Assembly (NCBI RefSeq): GCF_001194135.2
Contig: NC_068985.1
Coordinates: 27,269,957-27,333,956, forward strand
DNA length: 64,000 nt
From: Octopus bimaculoides
Lineage: Eukaryota
Reading direction: 5' to 3'
The notes below the pieces were generated by a model that saw only the letters and a program-made list of their open reading frames with translations, ran no database searches and was not told where the DNA came from. This document shows, in pieces, positions 39,803 to 52,554 of the stretch (position 1 is its first letter; each line of letters opens with the position of its first letter). The position numbers and the translations under genes were made by a program.

Positions 39803-42800
39803 TTTCTGTTCAAATTACTGACATACTATTTGTGTGAGGAGGGGAAAACCTCACACAACAGATAGACTTCTACAAAAACACACAAAAGTAGAAGACCATT
39901 ACGGATGACTGACTGCTTGTCAACAACTTGGAAAATAATTTTGCACTACAACACTGGCGAATGAATTAAAAACGCACACACACATAATTCTTTCATAAAG
40001 AATAAACAATACAGCTATTAAGGTAGTTTGAATTTAAGTTATCAATGCCAAGTTTAGTCATATTATTATAATAAATATGAACCATATAAACCTTGGAAAA
40101 ACAAAAACGAAAGAAATTTAACAAGTTATCTTTTCATTTATTTAACAGCCAAAACTATAATTTTATAGTTAAAACACACAAAGGAAAGAAAAAAAAAAAG
40201 CAACAAGTACGATAGAAACATTTCTTTTCTCTTTTCCAAATCAGATTCCTAAATTTTCTCCCAACAACGCCACCTCCGCAAATAGTAGTCTTTGGAAGGA
40301 CGGAAAATTTGAAATTTCAAAGAATTTAGACACAATTAAATCGACTAAGCACACACATACACACAGCTGCGAGTGCCTCTTGCTGATGTGTAAGGTGTAT
40401 AAACCGGTAGGAAAGGTTGTGTTTATATACTGATACAAATTTATGTAACCTATTGATCACAGTGTGCTAGATTCTGAGAAACCAGTCACGAGTTGTGCTC
40501 CCCCCTCTCTCTCTCGCTGCACAGTCTTCTCTCTCCTTGCACAGTTCTCTCTAAATTTAACAAAGCACAGTGTTTCACTTAGCTATATCACACTCCTCAC
40601 CTTCTTTCTCTCTTCTATTTATCTGACTGCTGCCTCCCACATTTACTGCCTTCTCACCCTCAAACATGCGGTTTCTATGTCAAGCCAAACTTCTGCAAAA
40701 CCGAGCAAGTCTATTTAAGAAATATTAAATGAAAATAAGTAAAAACCGGCTTCAAACGACAAAATGTGATTTCGTCAGTAGAGTTTTATGCTCTCTTCAC
40801 AGCGTGTTATTTCTTCCATAACACGAAAGACAAAGAGGAATACAGGCAAGCTAGTAGCATCAAAGATGGAAGCGAGAAAGAGAGAGAAGGAGAGAGAGAG
40901 AGGGGTGGGTTGTGTAAAAGACTCAAGTTGATTTTTGCAAATTAAACGTCATATAATGCCGAAACTTTACAAAAGAATATCATGCACTGAAATTATTTTG
41001 TTCTACCCTCGAAAATAAACAGCTCGCATTCAACTTGATTTAACTTATTTTCGAGTAACCTAATGTATAATCACTATATTGAATAATCTGGTTCTGGAAG
41101 AAGTGAAGTAACCTTGATTGGGTAGGGGCATTATAAACCGGTTGCCTTTTCAACTATTCATAAGAGCACACACACACACGTGTATATCTGTATATACATT
41201 TGTATAAGCATACGAGCAAATGTCTATCGCCTATATATGTATGTATCAGATGTCTGGTTTGGGCAGGGTAGGCAGTGCCTCCCACCCGACTAAATAATAT
41301 TAATTATATAAAAAAAAAAGTAAATGATTTTCAATTTGTTATGAAAATGCTAATTCAATTCATGAAATTCAGTGTATAAATTTAATAAGTGGTTTGCTAT
41401 TTTAATGTTAGCAAACCTTTTTTTTCAACCAACCCCAAATGAAACAAACATAAGATTGAACAAAATGATATATGCTTGCATATACCATGTTATTACAGAG
41501 ACAGGTGTGTAATGTTTTACCAAAAATCAGTCCTGATTGAGCAACTCGATGACTAAATGCATTCCAGCCGTGCCAATCCCGACTTCTAGTAAAAGTATAA
41601 CTTGGATTGCACTGGCCAATATTATAAAAAAGATTACATTCCTTTCTAAGGCAGTGTGGTGAAATCGAAGGAGATTTGGCTGCTATTTCTAGTATATCGA
41701 AAGGACGGGTAGTAGCCCTTGGTCAACCCTGAGCAAGTTGCTGGCCAAACGGCGAAGTGCAACCCACAGATCCACCTTACCACTTATACCAGGTTTCCGC
41801 TTAGTTGAGGACCACAACTGCACAATCCAACATGCAGTGGTAAATAATTGTATGAAGTCTTGTCACACTGCACTTTTCCTGCTGTCAATTCTAGTTCTGT
41901 ACTCTCATAGAATCTGTTAGTGGCAACAGAAGAGGTGGGCAATGTAACCTTTGTCACGGCTCAGTCGTTACTGCTCCTATGGAGATACTGTTGGTGGTGC
42001 GCATCCCAGTAGTTGTTTATGGAGGCAAGTAAGGCTACTGATGTTGCAATTAGTTTTGTGTAAGTGTCCGGGTTGAATAAGAAAGAACAGTGCTTTCAGG
42101 ATGTTTTAGCAGTGCTCTGCTGTGTTGAACATGTGTCCCCGGTGACTAAGCTGAATTTCAGAGACTTTGTTGCGAATCTATATCAGTCACGATCAAGACT
42201 TTTTCTGAATAGCACACCAACGAAAAATTACACTGAATTTTTTTTCAAGTAGTGCGGCCCGTCTGATGATGAACCATGTCTCATGCGGCCAACTTCTCGG
42301 AAAAAGTTTGCACTTGCCAGATGTATACAATAGTAGTACACACGCACACATGTGTGCATGTATATAACGCGTGTGTCTAAATACAACGGTATAAAAATAC
42401 AAATATGATATCTATCATGTTTTATTAGTTGTGAGTAAATATTTCTTTTCGCTGTCAAACTATTTCTGAAAAATGTCTCATAGTGATAAGGTCATTTGTT
42501 GACAATTTTCTTAATCACGAGCATTTACTCACGGCACGTGTCTGATTATAACTCTGTATTCACGAGACGATATATTTATTTATAAAATCCCCAAAAGGTG
42601 AAACATGTCAATAAAATATAACGTTTCATGAAGGCTTTTCATTCTACGTGCAGGGCTTTGCAATGCATAGGTCGGATACCTACCAACACATCTTACACAC
42701 TTCTGAATTAACTCTATCAGATGCAATTCCACTGCTTAGATATGTAGTTGTTATGTTAGCTCATAGTGCAAAAGCCGAAAAAGTAACTGAAGGCCTGATT

Positions 42801-42863
42801 GGTAGGCAGGGATGCAGCCGACTGAAATAGATGTATTGTATTCTTGTATCTACTTTGGACCAT

Positions 42864-43220
42864 GCGGAGGTGCAATGGCCCAGTGGTTAGGGCAGCGGAC
42901 TCGCGGTTTCGATTCCCAGACCGGGCGTTGTGAGTGTTTATTGAGCGAAAACACCTAAAACTCCACGAGGCTCCGGTAGGAGATGGCGGCGAACCCTGCT
43001 GTACTCTTTCACCACAACTTTCTCTCACTCTTACTTCCTGTTTCTGTTGTGCCTGTAATTCAAAGGGTCAGCCTTGTCACACTGTGTTCCCCGAGAACTA
43101 CGTTAAAGGTACACGTGTCTGTGGAGTGCTCAGCCACTTGCACGTTAATTTCACGAGCAGGCTGTTCCGTTGATTGGATCAACTGGAACCCTCGACGTCG
43201 TAAGCGACGGAGTGCCAACA
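42864..43220 (+). mobile_element. tRNA-derived SINE family C with 12-bp TSD
   Basis: Highly similar to 27444-27823; ACTTTGGACCAT at 42852-42863 and 43221-43232. Confidence 0.92.
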
Positions 43221-43721
43221 ACTTTGGACCATACATTTGTGTGTCCAAATGGGGAGGGGGAAAGAAAAAGAGAGACTAAGAATGAAATTGTGGTTATAAA
43301 GCTAATGATTTGCTTTTAAAAGCAGATAAAGTGTGCGTGTAAACCAGTTTAACTAACTGCCTGTACACAATGGCTAATATGGTGATGAATATGGGGATTT
43401 GAACCCTCTCCATACATGAAAGTAGGCTTCAGTATGAACGGTATCAACCAGATTCACGAGAAACACCTTGTACGTATTCAAAACGTACTTATCTGCCCGG
43501 AATAAAAAGGTGTATTGCCAAAAGGATAATAGCGGAGGTGAAAAAGACTGACTGGATAAGTTATTGAAGAACTAACTTATGAGTAATCAGCTCAAATCAG
43601 CTGAAGAAGTTTCTTTGTGTTTATGTGAAAAAACATACTGTATTGGCTATTGCATCAGCTCACTTAGTTATCCCGAATAAATAGCAGCTTGATTATCAGG
43701 GAATATTACCTGCAACAAAGG

Positions 43722-43930
43722 TGAGCCTGCAGATCGTTAGCACAACGAGCAAAATGCTTAGAGGCATTTCGTTCGTTTTCACGTTCCGAGTTCAAATTTC
43801 GCCGAGGTTGACTTTGCCTTTCATCCTTCCTGGGTCGATAGAATAAGTACTAGCTAACTATTGGAGTAAATGTAATCGCCTTACCCCCTCCCCCGAACTT
43901 GCTGGCCTCGTACCAAAATTTGAAACTAAT
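43722..43930 (+). mobile_element. SINE family B copy
   Basis: GAGTTCAAATTTCGCCGAGGTTGACTTTGCC; CpGs retained. Confidence 0.85.
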
Positions 43931-44177
43931 GTTACCAGCAATAGTTGATTTCTCGGGCATCAAGTTAACCTCTTCCCATTGCTAGGGTTGCCCTCTGGAT
44001 GGTTTCTTCTCTAAGTTTTGGATAAAAAGACAAAGGTTGAATTTTCGAACAGGTCAGCTTGACCCAGAGAATGAAGTTTTGATACAAGATACTATTTCAG
44101 AAATTGTCATGTATTTAAGAAAAATTCGAAACAGCTGAAAATTATAAATGGAAGGAAAGAATCAAAATGATTAATAA

Positions 44178-45170
44178 TAATCTTTTCTACTCTAGGCACA
44201 GGGCCCGCAATTTTTGGGGAGGAGGCCAGTCGATTAGATCGATCCCAGTACGCAAGTGGTACTTAATTTATCGACCCTGAAAGGATGAAAGGCAAAGTCG
44301 ACCTTGGCGGAATTTGAACACAGAATTTAAAATGATTAATAATGATAATAAAAACAATAGAACAATCATGTCTCATCGTCGTTTCTTTCTTAGTTCACGA
44401 TGCTACAGGATTCATGTCTCTGTTTTAACAGATACAAGGCCTGGCAGGGTAAGAGAACACTCGATTACATACTGCTGATCCACCGTCCAAAATAGTCGTT
44501 TCTAACATAGGCAGAGGGGCTGAAATTTGAAGTGGGGAAGGTTAGTCGATTAAACCGACTCCGATGCGGAGAAAGAAGGTTGACCTCGGCAGGATTTGAA
44601 CTCAGAACATAAAGACTTTGAAGAAATGCTTTACAGTATTTAATTTGGCTCATGTATATTCTGAGTTGAGATCATACCAGAATCGATTTTGAATTTCATC
44701 AGTGCAGTACAGGGGAAGGGTCGATAAAATCGACCACCTTCTTTCACCCATAAATGTTGTGGCCTTGCAGCGTTCTAAAGAAAGAACATTATCATCATTA
44801 TTGGAAGAGGGGAAAGGATCAGTGGATGGTAGAATACAGTGTTTAGCTACGTTCTATTATTTACCGGGTTCGAACATATCCTGCTGAGGTCAAGCTTCCC
44901 TTCCATCCTCCTAGGTACAAAAATATCGTATTTGATGGCGTATAAGACTAACCATTTTTCTTTCTTTTCGAAAAAGGATCTTTCGTCTGTCTTTACATTC
45001 TGAGCCGAGGTCGACAAAATAAGTACCAGTTGGGCACTGGGGTCAATGTAATCGACTAGACGTCTCCCCACAAAATTTGAAACCAATATGAAAGGATAGA
45101 ATGTTTTGTAGGATATGTCCCCGGCCGAGGTCAGCTTCACTTTTCATCATTTTGGGATCGATGAGTGAAG
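44178..45170. mobile_element. Cluster of several SINE family B fragments in both orientations
   Basis: Fragments at about 44178-44330 (-), 44490-44650 (-), 44660-44800 (+), 44860-44920 (+) and 44975-45170 (+). Confidence 0.7.
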
Positions 45171-45395
45171 TAGCAGTCCAAGGTAGCGGATTGGTGGAAA
45201 GTTTATAGCGCCGGACAAAATACTTTGACTCTTTGCGTTCGAAGTTCCTGTCACAGGGGCTGCAAAAAAGGAGAGAGGTTAGGGGAAATCCTGAAGCTAG
45301 AGCCTAAATGATCACCTTTCACCTTCTGTACACTAATGAAAAATCACACACACTCAGTTTTTTGAGAATGCAGTCAGGCTGAATTCTTTTTTTAG

Positions 45396-45400
<5 letters not shown>

Positions 45401-45458
<58 letters not shown>
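45401..45458. repeat. Long (TA)n microsatellite
   Basis: Direct reading. Confidence 0.98.
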
Positions 45459-45460
<2 letters not shown>

Positions 45461-46289
45461 AAGCTTGAATTAGTTTGACTTTGTTGATGAGCTTCGCTCT
45501 AGTATAACTAGAACCCAAAGAGAAGAAATTCAAATTCCAAAGAAATTTAAAGCCTAATTTTACACACCATTCTGTTTCGCGCGCGCCCGGATGTGTGTAG
45601 GAGTATGTTTAACAAATTCGATGTTGTGCTCATTTGGCATGCAGCTGAAAATTCTGCCTGTGTTTATGCACCAGAGACATGTGTCTCAGGATATACTTTA
45701 ATGTCTCTAGTTGTTTTAATCCAATTAGCCTCACTTTCTGTGTGTGTGTGTGTTATCGACCGCACAAACTTAATGCATGTGTTCTGTTTGCTCGCCGGTT
45801 CGCTGTCGTACAACGGTCTGGGGACGACTCCCTCATAGCACTTGGTATTACAATACCTGAAAGTCATAGACTAGCAAGACAACTCGCCCCCAGTCCCATC
45901 TAGGAGCGATGGATACTGATATTTCATCATTTTTGTACCTGAATCGAACAGAGGGCGAACTGAATTGCCAGTCTATGACTGTATACAAATAGAGTAAGAA
46001 CCATCTGCTGGTACGTCACGACGATGCATGATCTCACAAGTCAATCTTCCAAGCAGAATCTGTGCGATTAGGCTGGCTCTTTGAATTACACGTACAATCC
46101 ATCTCATGAGCTTCAGCAAAGTTTCTGTCTTTCCAATTTCATTCATAAAGCTTGGTTGGACACTTGGCCAAAGTGACGTAAACGTTCACGACTTGGGACG
46201 ACAATTTTGAAAGAGAGACTGTGAGATACCATAAAACGAGATGGAGAGATAGAGTGAAGAAAGTGACAGACGGTGAATCGAGACGACGT

Positions 46290-47170
46290 AAAGAGAAGTC
46301 ATGCCGAACTGAAAGAAATCATCGTGAATGAGCTTTGAGGTTTAGTTTGAGCTGAGAAAGGAGGTGAACACGAACTGCGAGGTAACATCGAACTGAGAAA
46401 AGGTCACCCAAAACTGAAAGAAGAAACCATCCAGAGGTCAGCCTTACCGATGAGAAATCAACTTTAATCAAGAGAAGGTCACTTCAAACTAAGAGAAGAG
46501 GTCACTTCGAACTGCCAGAGGAAGTCAACCTGAACTGCGAGGTCAAACGGAGCCGAGATAAGTGGTTAGCTTGAAACAAGAGTGGAGATCAACCAGAGGT
46601 CACCCCGATCTGAGAGAAAGGTCAGATTGAACTGAAACAAGAAACCTTGAACTGAAAGAGGTCATACTGACCTGAAAGCAGACGCCACTCAAGGGGTCAG
46701 AGAAGAGAATAGGTCACTCCGAACTGAAAGATGAAGTCAGCCTGAACTGAGAGAAGGCAAACCAAAACTGACAAAAAGGACTAATTTTAGAAAGAGAGAG
46801 GCGGTCTCCTTCAACTGAAAGAGGTCACTCTGATCTGAGAGAAGAGGTCACTCTGAACTGAGAAGACCTTCGTCAAAACAAAGGTCATCCTGTATTGGGA
46901 AGTCATAGAAAACTGAAAGAGACGCTTCTCTGAACTAAAGAGGTATCTAAGAGCCAAAAGATGATTTGGGACAAAAAAGAAGTCATCTTCAACAGAAGTA
47001 CAAGTTCAAGTCACCTTGAACTTGTACAGAGTAGATGTCATCCTGAAACAAGGGCAGTAGTAACACGGTGCAGATATACAAGTCAGCATGAACTGGGGGT
47101 GGGTGGTGGGTTTCCCTAAACCGAGACGTCATCCTATGGAGAGACATGGTCTCCTTAAAGGAAAAATTAA
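46290..47170. repeat. Degenerate tandem array of ~18-23-nt units, consensus AGAGGTCACNNTGAACTGAAAG
   Basis: About 20 recognisable units, e.g. at 46401, 46476, 46499, 46522, 46597, 46619, 46659, 46711, 46734, 46822 and 46845. Confidence 0.85.
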
Positions 47171-47262
47171 CATTGAAATGGGGGAAGACTCAAATAACCT
47201 GCAAGAAATAGATCGAAATTATAAAACTGAGGTGGCAAAATCACGATCGACTGTGATATGAT

Positions 47263-47296
<34 letters not shown>

Positions 47297-47369
47297 ATAT
47301 ACAAGAAGCGTCACTCGCAAATGAAAGAGAATCATATGAAACCGACATAGATGATAAGATAGGCCGGAA

Positions 47370-47600
47370 CTAAAAGCTACACTTATTTACAAGAGAAGCT
47401 ATACTGGTTAGGTGAGAAGCTACGGTTAACTGGAAGAAAAGGATTCGCTCATCTAACAGAAGACATACGTTTTAACTGGTACTTAAGTTACGTTTAGTTG
47501 GACATGAAGCTACGTTCGTCTGAAAGAGAAAGTTACATCTGACTTGGAGAGAAGCTACGTTTGACTGAAAATGATGATTCGTTCAACGGGAAGAGATTTT
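47370..47600. repeat. Degenerate tandem array of ~22-nt units, consensus AGAAGCTACGTTTRACTGGAAG
   Basis: About 10 units read directly. Confidence 0.8.
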
Positions 47601-49124
47601 AGGCGCAACCAAAAACAGGGACAGGTACACACAAAAAAAAAAGTGATGTTGTTCGGACAAGAGAAGGAAAAAGTGAAAACTAGAGATAAGGAGTAGCGAG
47701 AGAGAAAAGAAAGACAAATAAGTAAGGAGATGTCAAGTTGAACGAAGACGACTAATTAGTGAGAGATATACAGATGTTAGACTGGATTCAGAGAGAAATA
47801 GACATATGCTACGTAGAGCTAAGAGAAAAAGATGGTCACATGGAGAGAGAAAGAAAGAGAGATGGGGAGAGAAGATGGAAGAACGAAGGAAAGACAGAGA
47901 GAGATGTTATGCCAAAGTAATTTCTTTTCATAGCCAAACTATCGGTTTACTTGCTAATTTCACATGATATCATCTGACAGCACAATTTCACGACAAACCA
48001 ACGGAACATTCGCCGTTTTAAATGAAACGAAGCAACATTATCTGTCGCAATCTTTGCAATACATAAATATTTATGATTCGCACACACATACGCATTTTTA
48101 TACCTACTTTCACACATACTGAGAGAGAAAGAGAGAGAAATGATTATAAGAATTCCACTTGTCCGAGAGAAAAATGTAACAGATGTGTGTGTACGTGTGT
48201 GCGCGCGCGTGTGTTTCAACGCGCGAGTACGCACACACTATGAAACCGAAGTAGAAAATATTTGATTCACAGCCACTTAGGGGTTGGTGATATTTAGAGA
48301 TAGACGTTTAGTCAAATTGACAACTCGTGTTACATACAGCACAGCGTTATTACTACACCCACTCTCTAGTCATTGGAAATTCCAAATAAAATTAAAGTCG
48401 AAAAGAAAAGAATAATAGCTCGAAGAAACAAAAGAAAATTTATAGAAAACACTAAACACAGTATGGGCGATTGTGTACGCTTTTTGTGTTGTGTGAGGGC
48501 GGTGGACATGAGTTTCAGATGACCAAGGTGAGAGTTTCTATGAGTGCTCTCACAAGACAGCATCGAGTCAGTATGGGATTAGATTGTTGTTGTATAGGCC
48601 CAGTCCAGCCCTGATTGAGCAGGTCTATTAATATCAAAGGAATTTCAATCATCCTGACTACTACATTATTATTAATTATTATTAATTTTGCTTTATTTCA
48701 CACGGTCGAAACTGATATGCAGAAAAGAAAGTAGGATAAACTGTGAATACAGAGGAATGTATGGAGGACACATTTAACCGGATGGGACCTTCAGCTATAG
48801 TGGAGATTAAAAACGACTACATATTATCCGGAAATGCAAACAGCTACGCGCACGCACATACACAGAGAGTGTATAACGAACTTTCTGTTAACAAGATAAA
48901 ACATACGTATGTGTTACCATAATTACGAATGCCCCATCACTCCTCTCTGTTATTAGGCTGGAGGTGTATTGTCGGCCATACTGTTCTAAACAGCAGGTAA
49001 ATTTGATAGTTCTTAATTGCACGTATCTCCTATACACTGTTATATATATATAAACGTGTAAACATTATATATACACATACATATGTATTTACAAATACTT
49101 ATATGCATATAAACACACACACAT

Positions 49125-49156
<32 letters not shown>

Positions 49157-49499
49157 CACCTATTTCTTGTTTAAACGAGCAATTTTAATTATAACAATGC
49201 TTTGATACAAACACCAAAAGTTCACCTTTGCCACATACTTATCCTCACTTATTGCATTGATTCTCCTCGAAAATGATGTACAGTCATGGCTGGAAAGGAT
49301 ACTAAGCCTTGTAGTCTATCAATTCCAGCATGAACAGCAGTTGTAGCTCTCATCTGAAATATTTTCACACATTCAGCTATGATATTTCACAACTGGAGCA
49401 CTATGTGCACCAAAATGAAGTCATGGTTCTGGATTAGAGGGGAAAAAACCCCCCAAAAAACGGTGGCATCAGATTCAGTAGGAAGGTTATGGTGATTCT

Positions 49500-50520
49500 T
49501 CTCATGCAGCAGACAAAACATTTTTTGATCAATGTAAATCTGGCAAAATTCAAGTTCACTCAAACATATTGCTATTGTATTGACCCCATATAGAGTTGGT
49601 GCAACTTTACTCAAAACTACTTATTTTGATTTTAAATGACCACTCCACTTAGTACATACTGACTGCTGAGTGTGCAATATTGGTAAAGGATCCTGGATAG
49701 CTGATCTACTGAAACAGGTCAAATGAATACTACAGAGTGAATGCACAATGTTTACAGACTTGCACCTCTTAAAGACCTCAAAAGTAACTAACAGCATGAA
49801 CGAAGTCATAGTCTTATTCTCAGGTGATTTCTAGCAAACACAGTCAGTTATTCAAAGAGTACACCTGCTGATGATTTGAGAGGATGCCTCAAAAAAGTTT
49901 ATATATTTGAAGACAAGAGGTAAATCTTTCTACCAACAGGAGATTTGCACTTAACAGAGTTCTCTCAGCAACCAGCTAACACTGAAATTAAAGATGTCAA
50001 AATACTAAACAAAATTGTAGATCACAATCAAATATCAAGAAATACAATTCAAAGTTTATTCTAGTCTTTCACAGAATTATAGAAAACCAGAGAGACTTTG
50101 TCAGTGTGCCATCCCACCTGCCCCAAAATGACAGAGTAGCAGATATTAATGCTATAATCATTCAACAGGTACCAGCTCAATCCAGGCGGTGCAAGGAAGT
50201 TTACCCATAGAGTTTTAAAATTCTCTCCAGCTTATTGGTGTTCTTCCCCATAATCTGCAATTTAAAGCAGAATCACTCATTATGCTGCTTCAGAATTTGG
50301 ATCCAGCAGAACTCTTTAATGGTGCATGATAAATTGCCCAAACTCTTATGCCGTATGTAATTGAGGCTACAATTATAATTAGTTGAACTGACAAGTCCAC
50401 GCGTCTCTCATGGTGAACTTCATATTACATGCTCTCATGCTGATCCACACAAATATCTTTTCACCAGAGAACCAAAATGCAGAAACAAGAAATGTTGTCT
50501 ATCCCAGGGTACTAGCTGAC
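49500..50520 (+). mobile_element. Helitron RepHel PIF1-helicase remnant, decayed and internally deleted
   Basis: Frameshifted motifs in the expected order: KTF.LINVNLAK (Walker A region), KHIAIVLTPYRVGATLL (cf. AVASSGIAATLL), NIGKG, NDRVADINAIIIQQVP, YP*EF*NSLQLIGVLPHNLQFKAESLIMLLQNLDPAELFNG, LMPYVIEATI, SHGELHITCS, TRNVVYPRVL. Confidence 0.88.
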
Positions 50521-50594
50521 TAAGACACATTTAAAGTTATCAACAAATAGTCATAAAGCTTCACACACCATAGAAACATAAAAACATAAAAGCA

Positions 50595-50667
<73 letters not shown>

Positions 50668-50680
50668 CACACACACACAC
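50595..50680. repeat. Compound (TA)(TG)(TA)(CA) microsatellite
   Basis: Direct reading. Confidence 0.95.
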
Positions 50681-51407
50681 TCGAATACAACTACACGCGA
50701 AACGGATTACCTAAAAGAGTGTTATAATTCCAGTCATTTAAATTTAAGAAGAAAAGCTTCTACACACAACATGGGTAACATTGGGTACCTCTGCTAGCAT
50801 GCGCACACAGAGAGGTTAAATAGCAGCAGTTCAAATAAAAGTGTAATTAAGAAGCACCATCCAGAATAACAAGCTAATGGCATTCTACAAGAAATATGAG
50901 AATTCCTTTAAATTTAACAAAGCAAAAAATACCATCATTATTATCTTGCAGTGAGTGACAAGATGTGTCCAGTCTTCCGTACTTTTAAGTTTTACGTTGT
51001 CTGTCTTCCCGCCGCCACCAATGGTATACACATCCACCCAGTACATGTATAACATATCAACGTAAGGAGATGAAAAAAAAAGTGGCGTTTTGACGAACCC
51101 AGCATCTCTGAATCATGAAACAAACATACACAAATACCCTTCTGTGTATGTGCCATCGTAGTGCATGACATTACCCAATATGCCAATGTAGCGTGCGCAC
51201 GCATATATTGTGTGCGCGTGCATGCGCATATTTCGACAAGCGAATGTGTGCATTAAAAATAGGAGATTGATTGTGTTAGGTGCATTTGCACCAAAGTATG
51301 TGTGTACACGTGTGAGAGCGCAAATTCAACAATTTCGCCAGCAGGCATGGACCACAAAATGTATTAAGATATGGATCAACAGAAGAGATGATGATGATGA
51401 TGATGAT

Positions 51408-51592
51408 TTCTATAGGCACAAGGCTAGAGCTTTTTTCTTTGGTGGTGGGGAGGGTGTTGGGAGCAATCAATTATATCGATCCCAGTACTTGATTGGCACT
51501 TAATTACATCGATCCCAAAGGGACAACCTCGTCAGGATTTGAACACAAGACATTTTATATGTGGTTGTGGCCCTAACTGATTCAGCAAATCT
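51408..51592 (-). mobile_element. SINE family B copy
   Basis: GGCACAAGGC...ATCGATCCCAGTACTTGATTGGCACT...GGATTTGAACAC. Confidence 0.7.
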
Positions 51593-52164
51593 ATTACTTG
51601 AACAATAACTGTTTCTGACTAAGCAAGTACGAAGCTACACTTTTGTGAGCAAAGAGGAACAACCCTACTTCATTGATACAAAACAAAATAAAATGGCAAT
51701 GAACATTAATGAAAAATTCGCCTCTCTCAAAGAATTCGAACAACTTTTCTTGCATAGTTATTTTCTCATAAATTTCCTCATTCTCTTCGTTCCGAAACAG
51801 GTTCAACACAACTAGTCCTTTCTTTCAGTCAATGGACTCGCAGCTTGCCTTAGACGCTATATTGGTTTTGTCTAGCCCCACCCCAACCCCGGTCATCCTC
51901 AGCCCTAGCTGGGCAAACCTATGACCAAAGGCGTTTCAACCATCATCTTCCAATCCTTAACATATTTAAGGACATTATCATCGCCTTATTAGGATGGTGT
52001 AATTTTGTGATTTGGGGGGAATTTAACAGCTATTTTTAGTACTTAACCGACCACCTCAACAGTAAAATGTCAACACAAAAGACAAAGAATTTAAAAGAAC
52101 CGAACAAAGGAATTGAGAATGCCAATGTTACATCATCATATTTTGAGTGAGTGTATGTGCATGA

Positions 52165-52204
<40 letters not shown>

Positions 52205-52554
52205 AGCGCTTTGAAGTTAGAGAGTGAATTCAATAAAGATCTATATATCTATCCAGACAAACACAATATCATAAATTATTAGGTTAAGTCACTGGCGAGT
52301 AAAGTCAGTAAACCTCCCCCCACCCCGTACCAATTTCCACCTCAATTCTACTCATTTCAGCAGTATATACGATTGCGGTCTTGTACACAAGCAACAAAGC
52401 AATTTTATCATGTATCGTAACAAAAAAAAAAAAAAACTATTAAATTTCGCGATGTGGGGAAAATCCAATCGAGGTCTTAATTGATTGAAACGAGTTAGGT
52501 TTCCGTCTTGTATATACAAATGAATATGAGCTAAAAATCCTACACACACATACA

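Noticed and set aside
42060-42330. hAT transposase C-terminus and end
   Set aside because: Resemblance too weak to support without a database search.
46290-47170. Coding repeat (G-H-x-E-L-R/K frame)
   Set aside because: Short runs are in frame but unit spacings of 20, 22 and 23 nt shift frame and stops are frequent. A remote coding origin cannot be excluded.
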